This document shows positions 18,707 through 29,716 of a DNA stretch of 64,000 nucleotides, one piece after another. The number at the start of each line of letters is the position of its first letter. The first letter of the stretch is position 1. The translations under genes and the position numbers were made by a program. The notes under the pieces are model-generated. The model saw only the letters and a list, made by a program, of their open reading frames with translations, was not told where the DNA came from and ran no database searches. This stretch comes from a virus (Duplodnaviria; Caudoviricetes): IMG/VR virus record IMGVR_UViG_2974628631_000001, positions 61,727-125,726 of that record; one strand, written 5' to 3'.

Positions 18707-18874
18707 CAATGGGAGAAATACCGAAAGGCTGGCACCTTTCGGCGGGCTTAGCAATGCTGTGCCAGCAGTAAGTTGTTAGTACCGGGGATAGTCTAGAAAA
18801 CTATCCCGTAATCCCGTAAGCTAAATCCTCGGTGTAGATACGTAAAAAGTTGGATTGAAAGAAGTCTACACAAT

Positions 18875-18954
18875 GCCCGCGTAGGCGAATGGTATAGCCG
18901 CTGGTCTCAAACACCAGGCCGAAAGGCGTGTCGGTTCGACTCCGACCGTGGGTA
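18875..18954 (+). tRNA. tRNA-Leu(CAA)
   Basis: ctggt-ct-CAA-ac-accag. Confidence 0.93.
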
Positions 18955-19553
18955 CATGTCTCTTGGAAGACCTCCGGGTGAAGTACCGAATCCAAGTGGT
19001 GGCACTAAGCCACGACAGCCTAAACCGCCAACCGGTCCAGGCCGATAAAAGGAGAAACATGATGCAGTTTACTAAGGTTGATGAAGACGCTTACACGGTT
19101 CTGATGAACCTTGATACCATTCAGCGCATTGCCAAGGCTTTTGGTGACCAGGAGAATGAGGGTATGGGAGATGAGCGAGACGCAGTTCTCGGTACATCAT
19201 TTGAGAATGCCCATGAGCGTCTGAGCAAGCCTGAGACTTCTGAGTCCGAGTGACTTACAGCCCCGGAAACGGGGCTAAGCTTTTGAGAGAGGGTGGTAAA
19301 ATGGCGAAGACCAAGTGGGTGCCAGTAGGAAATAGGATGATGGACAGAGCTTATCTGAGAGATGGCGATGTCGTTCATACTGGTGAGGCTCTGCTACTTG
19401 CGCTTCTGTTTCACGCTAAGGGTAAGACCAAGCGTAGTCAGGATGAGCTAAAGCAAGTCTCTAAGATGCTGGATGACCCTAATCTCAACAAGAGGACTCC
19501 CCGCAGAAAGAAGTGATTCTTTCTTGGCGGGGTTTTCCCGTTTTAGGAGTAAT

Positions 19554-19895
19554 ATGGCTAGACTAATTATCAACAGGACAGACTCTCGTTGCGAGAAATG
19601 CAATAAGTCTGCGAGCCCCCATGAGATGGGGCATTTCACTGTCTATGGTTATGTAGATAACGGCTATCCCGGTTGCGGAGAGCTTTGGGACAGTGTAGAC
19701 TCTGACTACATCAACTTGCCAAAGCAGATGATTGAATGGCATTTCAACATGCCTCATTTGATTGGTCTGCCTGTATATAGCGCAAGTTCTGAGCCGATTG
19801 GACTATTTGGTGGCCAGACAAGAGAGAATGCGACGTTGCCCCCAGTGTCAGAGGAAGACGATGACACCATTTATGAAGCAGAAGATTTGCGGTAA
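19554..19895 (+). CDS. hypothetical protein
   Basis: RBS aggag, CxxC. Confidence 0.6.
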   Translation: MARLIINRTDSRCEKCNKSASPHEMGHFTVYGYVDNGYPGCGELWDSVDSDYINLPKQMIEWHFNMPHLIGLPVYSASSEPIGLFGGQTRENATLPPVSEEDDDTIYEAEDLR

Positions 19896-20154
19896 CTGTT
19901 CCGCAGAGGAAATTATTAGGAGTATTCGTGGCGGGTCTGCCGAAGAAGTTGTACTATGTCCTAGTGAAGCCAGGAGGGAAGCCTCTGGGATACCGTCAGA
20001 AGGGCGGAGGGACATACACGAACGAGAAGAATGCTAATGCTCAGTACGAGCATTTGAAGAAGTATGGTTCCAATGTGGAATTGTATTCCACAGACATCAA
20101 TTGGTGGCTTGAGAAGACCTCTCAGGAGAATCCAATGGAGGGAATGCCTGGTCT

Positions 20155-20832
20155 ATGGTAAACGTGCTGTTTGTAACTGGCGCGGGTATTTCAGCCAATG
20201 CAGGCATCGCCACCTACCGTGATGGTGGTTCAACATGGGTGGACGGAGACCTTGAGAAAAAGTCTCACTCGTCTCGTTATGGCAACCACCTAGATGAGCT
20301 GTGGGATAAACACTGGGGTCCCCTGTCAAAGGCTATGGCCGATGCTGAGCCTACCTACACACATCGTGCCATAGCTGAATTTCAGAAGAGCAACCCCAGT
20401 ATCATTGCAACGCAGAACATCGATGACTTGCATGAGCGTGCCGAGTCTGATAACGTAGCACATCTACATGGCAGCATGGTCATCAAGTGCATCCGGTGCA
20501 AGAGAAGCCATCTTGAAACGAGGTGGACTAAGGGTGCTCCGCAGTGTCCACACTGTGGTAAGATGAAGACTCGTCCAGACGTTGTACTCTTTGGTGAGAA
20601 GCTGGACCTGAAAATGTTCGGTGCGCTAGAGGCTTTCGCAAAGTACGAGTCTGATGTTATCGTTGCTATTGGAACGTCGCTCAATGTGTTTCCTGCGGCG
20701 GGTTTGGTAATGGACAACATTGCTAAGTCAATCATTATCAATAAGGAACCAACCAAGTTCGACAGATTTGCATACAAGGTCTACAATGAAGACTGCGATT
20801 CAGTCATTGATGAAGTGCTAGGGAGCCTATAA
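20155..20832 (+). CDS. Sir2/sirtuin NAD-dependent deacylase
   Basis: GAGISANAGIATYR, TQNIDDLH, HLHGS, two CxxC, RPDVVLFGE, GTS. Confidence 0.93.
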   Translation: MVNVLFVTGAGISANAGIATYRDGGSTWVDGDLEKKSHSSRYGNHLDELWDKHWGPLSKAMADAEPTYTHRAIAEFQKSNPSIIATQNIDDLHERAESDNVAHLHGSMVIKCIRCKRSHLETRWTKGAPQCPHCGKMKTRPDVVLFGEKLDLKMFGALEAFAKYESDVIVAIGTSLNVFPAAGLVMDNIAKSIIINKEPTKFDRFAYKVYNEDCDSVIDEVLGSL

Positions 20833-21299
20833 TGGTAACGTATGTCAAGGGTGATGCGACCAAGCCTCAGGGTGATGGTCCTAAGATTATTGCCCATGTG
20901 TGCAATGATAAGGGTGGCTGGGGTGCTGGATTCGTCCTTGCTCTGAATAAGCTTTCTCCGAAGCCAGAGCAAGAGTACCGTTCTTGGTACAAGAGTCACG
21001 CCTTTCCCTTTCTGCCTCTAGGTAAGACTCAGTCTGTTCGCGTAAGCGAAGACCTTTGGGTTTACAATATGATTGCTCAGCATGGTACAGTGAGTAAGTT
21101 GAATCCCCAACCACTTTCTTACGAAGCACTTGAGATTGCTCTTGAAAGACTTGCTGCGGAGGCTGAATATATGAATGCGACAGTTCATATGCCCCGCATT
21201 GGTTGCGGTCTTGCAGGTGGTAAGTGGGATGTGGTAGAGTCAATCATCAACCGAACGCTTACACTTCGTGATATTGACGTAACAGTCTACGACCTGTAG
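20832..21299 (+). CDS. macrodomain ADP-ribose hydrolase (DarG/TARG1-like)
   Basis: KGDAT, IAHVCN..GGWGAG, MPRIGCGLAGGKW. Confidence 0.9.
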   Translation: MVTYVKGDATKPQGDGPKIIAHVCNDKGGWGAGFVLALNKLSPKPEQEYRSWYKSHAFPFLPLGKTQSVRVSEDLWVYNMIAQHGTVSKLNPQPLSYEALEIALERLAAEAEYMNATVHMPRIGCGLAGGKWDVVESIINRTLTLRDIDVTVYDL

Positions 21300-21356
21300 G
21301 CTGCTGGGGAGGAAACTCCCCAAGCTTCATTGGTACAACAAGAGGAGAAATAACCA

Positions 21357-23276
21357 ATGCGACCTAACACTGCAATTGCCGAGCGTCAGGGTGACCTTGG
21401 TGGTGAAAAGGTCCAGATGACCTTTGACCAGAACAGTCTTGCTCACCTGATGTCTGTTCTGACCGACCTGTATTCTGACCCTGAGCTTGCGGTAATTCGT
21501 GAGTACAGCACCAATGCCTATGATGCACAGCTTCGTGCAGGAGTTGTTCGGCCCATTGAGGTTGTTACTCCCAATCAGCTTTCGCCATTCTTCAAGGTGA
21601 AGGATTATGGCATTGGAATGAATGCAACCGATATCCGGGAAATTTATTCTCAGTACGGTGCGTCTACTAAGCGTGACAGCGATGACCAGGTTGGTATGCT
21701 TGGTCTCGGATGTAAGTCTGCTCTGACTTACACCAATAGCTTCACTGTTTCCGCAGTTAAGGATGGTGTAAAGACTCTGGTTGTTGTTTCTCGTTCTGAG
21801 GATGGCTCTGGAGTTATGGAGATTCTTTCTGAGGCTGAAACGACTGACCCGAATGGTGTCGAGATTATCGTTCCGGTCAAGAGTTACAATCAGTTTGAAC
21901 AGAAGGCTAAGAACTTCTTCCGATTTTGGGATGAAGATACTGTCCTTCTGAATGGAAAGCCTGTTCAGCGTATTTCTGGCCGGGTTATCTCTGACAATAT
22001 GCTCATCGCTAATGGTCTCAATCAGGACTATGTTGTTATGGGTAATGTTCCCTACCAGATTAGCTCTGGCTTCAGTATTTCAAATCGTGGCTATGGATAC
22101 CAGAATGGCGTTGTGGCTCGTGTGGAAATTGGAGACGTGAGCTTTACACCTTCTCGTGAGGCGTTGCATTACACCATTCGTACCAAGGAGACTATTAAGA
22201 GGCTCCAGGACGAATATGCGGCGGGTATCAAGGATGCTCTCCAGCGTGACGTTGATGCAGCAGAGAATAGCAAGGATGCTGTTATGGCATACTTTGAGTG
22301 GTCAAAGATTCTCTATGGTAGTGTCCAGCGTGCTCCGAAGATTCAGTACAAGGGCAAGGAGATTCCGACTCATGTTCGGTCTCGCAACTTCCTTTACAAG
22401 ATGACGAGTTCGCGGTATGCTGTACAAGAGGGAACGGGCCTCTATCTTGACAACATGATGGACGTTCCGGTAATTCACGGATTCAAGTTCAACAAGGTTG
22501 CTTCCCATCACCGTGAGAAGATTCGTCTGTGGTCTTCCAAGACGGGTATTACCTCTCACAGCGTCATTCTGGTAGATGAGGTTCCCGAGGATTACAAGAA
22601 TTGGGTTGGTGAGGACCAGCTTTATTCTTGGGAAGATGAAGTCAAGATTGTAAAGAAGGACCGGCCGAAGGTTGTACGTAGGGAAAAGGTCGAGTACACT
22701 GTATATCGTGAGGGCACTGCCCGACGAGAAGACATCACCCTTGACGAATTTCCTGACGTTGAGATGGTCCTTGTTTCAGCTCCAGAGTTGAAGAGTGTGG
22801 ATTATCACTGGTTCAATACTTTCAAGGAGCTTTTCCCTGACACGATGATTGTTCGGATTCCGACAACTCGTTGGGCAAAGTTCGAGCGGGATTTCGGAAA
22901 GACTCAGTCTCTCCGTGACTTTCTTGAGGAGAAGAGCCAGGATGCGGCAGACCTTCTTACTGAAGATGACAAGACGTACATGCACCTTGATTGGCACGCG
23001 CGTAGGGCTCTGCCCCGACTTGATGACAAGAAGATTGATGACCCGCAGCTTGCTCGGTTCATTCGAGTAACCCGCCGGGATGGTGAGTCTAATGAAATCA
23101 AGAACTACAAGCGTATCAATTCTCTTTGCTCTGGTATTCATGCCAAGCAGATTGATGTAGAGTATAAGGCATACAGTCCATTCATTGACTACCCTCTTTT
23201 GAGTGGACTTGGTGACAACAAGAATGATGTTTATTCTCATGCGGTCATCTATGTAAATGCTGTATACAATTCCTAG
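21357..23276 (+). CDS. rIIA: rIIA-like protein (GHKL ATPase N-terminus)
   Basis: REYSTNAYDA, DYGIGM, GMLGLGCK; followed by rIIB-like gene. Confidence 0.85.
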   Translation: MRPNTAIAERQGDLGGEKVQMTFDQNSLAHLMSVLTDLYSDPELAVIREYSTNAYDAQLRAGVVRPIEVVTPNQLSPFFKVKDYGIGMNATDIREIYSQYGASTKRDSDDQVGMLGLGCKSALTYTNSFTVSAVKDGVKTLVVVSRSEDGSGVMEILSEAETTDPNGVEIIVPVKSYNQFEQKAKNFFRFWDEDTVLLNGKPVQRISGRVISDNMLIANGLNQDYVVMGNVPYQISSGFSISNRGYGYQNGVVARVEIGDVSFTPSREALHYTIRTKETIKRLQDEYAAGIKDALQRDVDAAENSKDAVMAYFEWSKILYGSVQRAPKIQYKGKEIPTHVRSRNFLYKMTSSRYAVQEGTGLYLDNMMDVPVIHGFKFNKVASHHREKIRLWSSKTGITSHSVILVDEVPEDYKNWVGEDQLYSWEDEVKIVKKDRPKVVRREKVEYTVYREGTARREDITLDEFPDVEMVLVSAPELKSVDYHWFNTFKELFPDTMIVRIPTTRWAKFERDFGKTQSLRDFLEEKSQDAADLLTEDDKTYMHLDWHARRALPRLDDKKIDDPQLARFIRVTRRDGESNEIKNYKRINSLCSGIHAKQIDVEYKAYSPFIDYPLLSGLGDNKNDVYSHAVIYVNAVYNS

Positions 23277-23331
23277 GAATTGTGCCCCTTCGGGGGCAAG
23301 CTTCCCGAAAAGATATCTAAGGAGATAAACA

Positions 23332-24261
23332 ATGAGTTTCCCTTTCAGCATCTTCCGTTTCTCCGAGTCCGATGAGGTTAACCTTACCGCCTTCGTGGAT
23401 GGACAGATGTATTCCGCTACGGATTCTCACCCGAATTACGAGCGAATTAAGGAGATGTGTGAGGCAGGCAATGAGGACGTTGTCTCTCTGTTTGACCTTT
23501 CCATCACTGCACAGCGACGATTCGAGCGTCTTTCTGAGCGAGTCAGCATTACTTCCGGCCGGATTTACTTTGATGGCGAAGAGGTAGACAATGCTCTTAC
23601 TCAGCAGGTTGTTCGATTCATCAATGAGGGTGTAGAGGACTTCAAGCCTCTCGTTCTGTTCTTTGAGAAGGTGCAGACGAACCCAAATTCCCATTCTCAG
23701 GAGCAGCTTTACCGCTGGCTTAAGGACCGTTCCTTCACTATTAACCAGGATGGCAACATTGTTGCTTACAAGGGTGTGAAGAAGGTTACGGCAGAGCACG
23801 AGTACGAGAGTATTTCTCACGGAACTGCCATGGTTAATGGTGTTGAGCACACGGGTGGAATTCCTAACCCGCTTGGCGCTGTTGTGGAGATGCCTCGTTC
23901 TGAGGTTCAGCACAACCCTAGCGTTGGCTGTCACACTGGTCTGCACGCTGGTACGTGGAATTACGCGTCCGGATTTGCTCAGGGTGCGGTTCTGACTGTT
24001 GAAATTAATCCACGCGATGTGGTTTCTGTTCCGACCGATTGCCAGGACCAGAAGATGCGCGTTTGTCGCTACACTGTGACTGGTGTCACTGAGCAGGAGC
24101 TTGGCAGTTACATCACTGACGAGTATGATGAGGACGAAGAGGTTGAGGGTGTTGACCTTCCGAAGGAGACTCCGGAGCCTGTGAAGTATCAGCAGGTTGA
24201 CTGGCTGACTTCTGTGCCGTATCCTTATGACGACGATGATGAAGAGGACGACGTTTTCTGA
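23332..24261 (+). CDS. rIIB: rIIB-like protein
   Basis: NPNS..QLY.WL, DGNIVAYK, CHTGLH, NPRDVVSVP.D...KMRVCRY. Confidence 0.85.
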   Translation: MSFPFSIFRFSESDEVNLTAFVDGQMYSATDSHPNYERIKEMCEAGNEDVVSLFDLSITAQRRFERLSERVSITSGRIYFDGEEVDNALTQQVVRFINEGVEDFKPLVLFFEKVQTNPNSHSQEQLYRWLKDRSFTINQDGNIVAYKGVKKVTAEHEYESISHGTAMVNGVEHTGGIPNPLGAVVEMPRSEVQHNPSVGCHTGLHAGTWNYASGFAQGAVLTVEINPRDVVSVPTDCQDQKMRVCRYTVTGVTEQELGSYITDEYDEDEEVEGVDLPKETPEPVKYQQVDWLTSVPYPYDDDDEEDDVF

Positions 24262-24681
24262 TTCATCTGCCCCTTCGGGGGCAAGCTTATTACTACATAG
24301 GAGGAACAGTGACGGTTGCAGAATTGATTGCAAAGTTGCAGACGTATCACAACCAGGATGCTAAGGTTAAGGTCCGAGTTGACGATGGATGCGGTTGTTG
24401 TTCAAGCGGCGGGACGTATGAAGATATTGAGGTTGATGTTGTAGACGGAGAAATCCGAATTTCTGACTGATATACTCGCCTCTTCGGAGGCAAGCTTGAA
24501 GGGAGGGTGCATGATTGACCCTGAAGACTGGTTCCCCGAAGAGGTTTTGGATGAGCTTGAAGAAGTTGATGCAAGCTTGTATGATATCCTTCCTGAGGAA
24601 CTGATTCAGTATCTAGAGGATGCTGAAGATGACCGGAATCATTGGGACCGTTATGACGAGATGCCTTGGAATGGATAAGCA

Positions 24682-25455
24682 ATGAAGATTATGGTTCTTG
24701 GTGACACTCATGGTGAGACGCAATGGACTAAGGACATTGTAAAGCGGGCTCATCGCATGAAGGTCGAAAAGATTATTCAAGTAGGTGACTTTGGCATCTG
24801 GACTCATGAGGCTGAGGGTCACCGCTTTCTGGATACTGTCAATGAAGAACTCCGCCGGGTTGGCATTAAGATGTACTTCGTTGGCGGCAATCACGAGAAT
24901 TGGGACCATCTTAACTGGTTCCAAAAGAACAACGCCAAGAGTGGTGACGGACACACGTACATTCGTTCACACATTCTGTATACTGGACGTGTTCACCGCT
25001 GGACTTGGGGCGAGAAGGGTTCCGAGAAGATTTTTCAGGCTGTTGGTGGAGCTGTCTCCGTTGACAAGAACTGGCGAACCGTAGGAAAGACCCTGTGGCT
25101 CGATGAGGAAATTCCTGAGCCTGTCGTTTATGGTCTGGAGAAGGCTGGTCGCCAATGCGATTACCTTTTTACTCACGATGCGCCTAGCTGCGTTCCGATG
25201 AGTAATCTGAAGCCTGACATGGATTCGGCTCGTCACCGTGGTTACATGGACCGAATTGGGCGGGCTGTCCGACCCAATCTTTGGTTCCATGGTCACTACC
25301 ACAAGTGGATGGAGTACAGCTTTATGCATCAGCAGGGCTATGCTTTCGTCTACGGTCTTGACCGAGACTTCCAGTTCTACAGCTATGTTATTCTTGACAC
25401 TGATAGTGACAACGTAACTACTGCAACTGGCAAGGTTGTGGAGCACGGAAACTAA
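24682..25455 (+). CDS. calcineurin-like metallophosphoesterase
   Basis: GDTHG, GDFG, GNHE, THD, HGHYH. Confidence 0.9.
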   Translation: MKIMVLGDTHGETQWTKDIVKRAHRMKVEKIIQVGDFGIWTHEAEGHRFLDTVNEELRRVGIKMYFVGGNHENWDHLNWFQKNNAKSGDGHTYIRSHILYTGRVHRWTWGEKGSEKIFQAVGGAVSVDKNWRTVGKTLWLDEEIPEPVVYGLEKAGRQCDYLFTHDAPSCVPMSNLKPDMDSARHRGYMDRIGRAVRPNLWFHGHYHKWMEYSFMHQQGYAFVYGLDRDFQFYSYVILDTDSDNVTTATGKVVEHGN

Positions 25456-25542
25456 GCATTTGCCATTTGAAAACATTTCCAATACAATGAAATGTATGGA
25501 GGTTAACGCCTCCGATAGATTTTGAGGAGGTGTACAATTCAA

Positions 25543-25980
25543 ATGGCAAATGAAGAGAAGAACGAGTCACGTATTCTTTCTGACGATGAGCGCGCTGCTG
25601 CTCTAAAGGAGTCTGACGCTCGTGCTGCGAAGAAGGATTACAAGCCTGTTACTGCTCAGTCTGCTGTTGCGGTTCACGGACCACACGGCGTTGAGGAGGC
25701 TGCTGCAAAGCGTGCAAAGGATGCTGGTGTCATCGACCCTGCGTTCGTAAACTATGCAGAGGCTCTAGAGAATTACCAGGCTCGTCCAGACGTTGAGCCA
25801 CTAGATGAGCGTCGCGCTCGTGAGGGTGGACGTGACTTCCAGGCTGCTGCATTCCGTCGTGAAATTGGTGGAACAGACAACTCTGGAGTAACCACTTCTG
25901 AGGACGTTGCTACTGGAGCGGCTGAGGACAACAAGGACAACAACAAGACTGTTGCTGCCCGTAAGCCTTCCGCAAAGTAA
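25543..25980 (+). CDS. hypothetical protein
   Basis: strong RBS gaggagg. Confidence 0.7.
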   Translation: MANEEKNESRILSDDERAAALKESDARAAKKDYKPVTAQSAVAVHGPHGVEEAAAKRAKDAGVIDPAFVNYAEALENYQARPDVEPLDERRAREGGRDFQAAAFRREIGGTDNSGVTTSEDVATGAAEDNKDNNKTVAARKPSAK

Positions 25981-26053
25981 GCGTTGTTATTCGTAAAAAG
26001 ACCGGGGTTGACAAAGCCCCGGTCTTTTGCGTATACTATAGAAACACAAACGA

Positions 26054-26126
26054 AATCCCTTAGCTCAGTTGGCAGAGCGCTGGACTTTTAATCCAAGTGT
26101 CGTCGGTTCGAGTCCGACAGGGATTA
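26054..26126 (+). tRNA. tRNA-Lys(TTT)
   Basis: tgga-ct-TTT-aa-tcca. Confidence 0.93.
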
Positions 26127-26416
26127 CTCTTGACACGCCTGTGTCAAAAATGTTAAGATGCATGTATGATGCAATTTGAACGAAAGGTAAGGACTTATGC
26201 CTAATCTCGATTACAAGGCTGCCCACAAGTTTGTCAAGGAGCAGCGCCGGATTGGTAATGCTGTTCGCTGGGATGGCTGGGACATGGTATTCTGGAAGCC
26301 GACTCGACATGGCTTCACGAATGTCAACGGAGCCTTTGATAGGGACAAGGGTCGCTGGGGCGTAGAGTCCCGAGTTTCCGTCAATACAGACGGTGTTTGG
26401 ATGGTCCCTAAGAAGA

Positions 26417-26725
26417 ATGTCAAGTCTGCTTGAGGAATTCGGGCTAGACCCGGAGGATTTCGAATGGCAAGACTTGGCTCTATGCTCTAGTATGCCGACA
26501 GCTTTCTTCTATGATTCTTATGAGTCAGACCAGGAAACGGCAAAGTCTATTGACCAAGTCTGCCTTCGATGTCCTGTCATTAAAGAGTGTTTCTTTGCAG
26601 GTGCTAGAGGGGAACACGGAGTTTGGGGCGGGTTTTATTGGAATGGCTCTGGTAGCCCAGACAAGAATAAAAACTCCCACAAAACTGATGAGGTAAAAGC
26701 GGAGATTCTAAGGAGGGTAGAATGA
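26417..26725 (+). CDS. WhiB-family transcription factor
   Basis: WQDLALC...CLRCPVIKEC...GVWGG. Confidence 0.9.
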   Translation: MSSLLEEFGLDPEDFEWQDLALCSSMPTAFFYDSYESDQETAKSIDQVCLRCPVIKECFFAGARGEHGVWGGFYWNGSGSPDKNKNSHKTDEVKAEILRRVE

Positions 26726-27422
26726 GTCAATACTCTCCTGAAGTACAGCGAATCTTCAAGACGATGAAGTCTCCCTATCAAGGCTTCATCGTGGATATGG
26801 TAGAATATCCTGACTACCTTGCACTACGGGTCTATAAGCCTAACATTGAAGAATTCAGCGAGATGCAAAAAGTAGCTCTCGCTGAATATCTGTTTCAGCT
26901 AAGAGATACAATTAGGTCAGAAGAAGTCAAGTGCCACATTGAGGGAGTCACTGATGCACCACCTTCTGGAAAACGATAAGCGTTACCCTCGCATTCTTAT
27001 GATTGAGGAGAACGTCATCGGACATCTTGTCCAGCGCAATGCGTATTTTTCGCGGGTTAAGTACAGCATTCTTGGACATGAATACAACATTGAGGTAGAC
27101 AACGATGAATATCTGGAGCTGCCTCAGATTGGATATGAGAGCGATTGAGCGAGTCGGTTGTTTGTGCTTGCTGCGGAAGGCAGCACAATGAGCTACGTGC
27201 CCAGAACTCCAGACTGATTGCCGGAAATAAGTTCTTCGCATGTCCGTCATGCAAGGCAGACAAGAAAGAGCCTCGCGCTTACGTTATTCTTGTCGGCAGG
27301 GCTTCCGGTCCTGATTCAGTGACAGACTACATTTTGAACCGTCGATACTGCGGGGATGAAATTCTGGCCAAGGAACTGGTTACAAGGCGTTAAAACTTAA
27401 TAGGCGGGTTTTCCCGCCATAC

Positions 27423-27495
27423 CCCCGGTTAGCTTAACTGGTAAAAGCAGCGTACTTATACTACGTATTTATGAGTTCGAATCTCATACTGGGGA
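27423..27495 (+). tRNA. tRNA-Ile(TAT)
   Basis: gcgta-ct-TAT-ac-tacgt, full cloverleaf. Confidence 0.85.
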
Positions 27496-27545
27496 CCTAG
27501 AAAGTATGATTGGACTTTTAAGCGTCAAAACGTTATACTTTAATC

Positions 27546-27977
27546 ATGTCCAGACTAGTGAGTTTCTTTAAGGCTGTGGCTGAACGTCCCACTGAAGCAA
27601 TCGAAGGAATCATCGCTACGGCGGTATTTCTTGTTGGCTTGTGGTTCATCAGTCCCTTTTATGAGCCTACTACATCTGTGCAATCCCAAATTTGGGAAAG
27701 TGCAAATATCCCACAGTTTACTGGTGTCTTTCAGGCATTGGTTGCAGGAATTCTCCTATTTGCTCTGGTCAGAAAGGGTTGGGCAAGAAGGCAAATGGTT
27801 CGTCGGCAGGCGACATTTGCCATTTTCATTCTCTACCTGTTTTACGGACTCTCTTCCACCATGATTCTAGGAATGGGGAGGGTTTCATGGGTGGCTACAT
27901 TCGCTCTTGCTCTTATCTCGGGTGTGGCACATCTAAGGCTAAAGTGGGAGGAGGGTGAAGCCAATGCCAGAGATTAG
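27546..27977 (+). CDS. multi-pass membrane protein
   Basis: about four hydrophobic segments. Confidence 0.7.
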   Translation: MSRLVSFFKAVAERPTEAIEGIIATAVFLVGLWFISPFYEPTTSVQSQIWESANIPQFTGVFQALVAGILLFALVRKGWARRQMVRRQATFAIFILYLFYGLSSTMILGMGRVSWVATFALALISGVAHLRLKWEEGEANARD

Positions 27978-28260
27978 TCAGGCGTGGCTAGCCCTGCTGG
28001 GTGCTTTGCTTGGTGGTTCTGGACTCAAGATTATTGAGTATTGGCTAAATCGCTCGAAGGTGAGGGAAGATGCTGCTGCGCAGATGCGTACTGAGCTGAG
28101 AGATGAAATCAAAGTTCTCCGTGAAGAATTGCGTACAGTTGAAGACGAACTTGACAAGTGGCGCGGCAAGTACTATGAATTGATGGATGAGTTCATGAAG
28201 GCCAAGAGTGACCTAGCTGAGGCTCTAAGCCGTGCACGCAACCAAGCTAACGAGTCTTGA
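27955..28260 (+). CDS. N-terminal TM plus coiled-coil protein
   Basis: AWLALLGALLGG then heptad-like helix. Confidence 0.65.
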   Translation: MKPMPEISQAWLALLGALLGGSGLKIIEYWLNRSKVREDAAAQMRTELRDEIKVLREELRTVEDELDKWRGKYYELMDEFMKAKSDLAEALSRARNQANES

Positions 28261-28787
28261 CGAGACGCGAGAAGCTGTGTATAGTAGTAGATGCGAGTGG
28301 GAGAGAGACCCACAAACTTTTCCGGCGGGGTGAGGATGAAAGTCTGTAGAAACACCGGATGCGAGCGGAGCGCACAATCTCCGCATTAAGCTTTTAAACG
28401 ATTATGTAGTAGAATGGTTACGGAAGGGAGGTGCCTAATTTGGCATTTTACGCCGTTAACTCATTCTACTACAATGAGGAGACTGGAAACATGTTCCTCT
28501 ATCTGACTAAGCCTACAGAGGTTTCTTACGAACACTCATCAGAGTATCTTCCTGAGGACATCTTTGAGGCTCAGATTTTCCTTGATGGAGGAATCGCTTT
28601 GATTGGAAAGAACCGACCACCTTCCCAGGATGGTACAATTCCTGGTGGAATGTATGGTAGAACAGCAAGTCCTAGCGATGACACAGTTAACCCTCTAGAA
28701 GACGCTCCCGAGTGACTTGACAGAGCTTAAGACGCTCTGCTAGAGTATAGATACAAGGTAAGGCAACCGCCCAAGAGTTGCCAACAT

Positions 28788-28860
28788 GCTCCCGTAGAGT
28801 AAAGGTTATCTCGCTTCCCTCTCAAGGAAGAGACTGCCGGTTCGAATCCGGTCGGGAGTG
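28788..28860 (+). tRNA. tRNA-Glu(CTC)
   Basis: cttcc-ct-CTC-aa-ggaag. Confidence 0.93.
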
Positions 28861-29197
28861 CAAATCGTTTCTGGTTGACATATTAAAAGGTTGCAACCAC
28901 TCCAGAAATGGTCTAGGCTGAGTAGGAAACATTACGAACCCTCAATAGCCGATTCACGTAGTATACAGATGAATACTAACCGTGAATTTTGTGAAAACTG
29001 CCGACACCCTCTCGTTCCTTCAGAAGGAAAGTGGGACAATGTGGATTATCCGGATTGGGCGTGTGATGGAGTTCTGACTTTCGAGCCGGACCCGTTTGCA
29101 CAAGAAATTCATGATGACCACAGTAACTACTGGAATTGTGATGGAGGGAGATACGAGTCGGCAATGGACATTTGAATATCGGGCCTTCGGGCCACAT

Positions 29198-29272
29198 GCC
29201 CCGGTAGATTCTGCTGGTAGAATCGTAAGACTTTCAATCTTGAGTTCGCGGGTTCGATTCCCGTCCGGGGTA
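29198..29272 (+). tRNA. tRNA-Glu(TTC)
   Basis: taaga-ct-TTC-aa-tcttg. Confidence 0.9.
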
Positions 29273-29403
29273 CAATGAATAGCTAATGTTTCTGATTTCG
29301 AATAGGGAATTGCAGCTATGCAGGAGGCCCAAGATACTAGTTAGGGTAACAGATGTTGCATGACGGCTTCGGACATCTTTAAACAATCAGGAAACCGTCA
29401 CCA

Positions 29404-29474
29404 TCCGGCGTAGTAAAATGGTATTACATCTGCTTGCCAAGCAGAAAGCGCGAGTTCGATTCTCGTCGCCGGGA
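29404..29474 (+). tRNA. tRNA-Gly(GCC)
   Basis: tctgc-tt-GCC-aa-gcaga. Confidence 0.9.
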
Positions 29475-29716
29475 CTTCTGGGGCTTACATAAAGTAAGTC
29501 CCTTTTTCATTGGAGTGATATGAACTTCGTTACTCTTTGGAAGGATAAAGACGAATCAACTGGCATCACCCTGCACTATGCAGGAGATGCTACAGTTCTG
29601 GAAAGCTCTATTCTTCCAATTAAGGCTCACTATTTTGAAACTAATAGTGAAGCAAAGGAATTTATTATCAAGCAGGCTTACGCCTTGCTTTCTCTTGGAT
29701 ATGAGGTCCATTCAGA

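Noticed and set aside
27546-28260. Holin/lysis cassette
   Set aside because: Membrane topology is compatible, but no endolysin is adjacent and no family motif is recognised.
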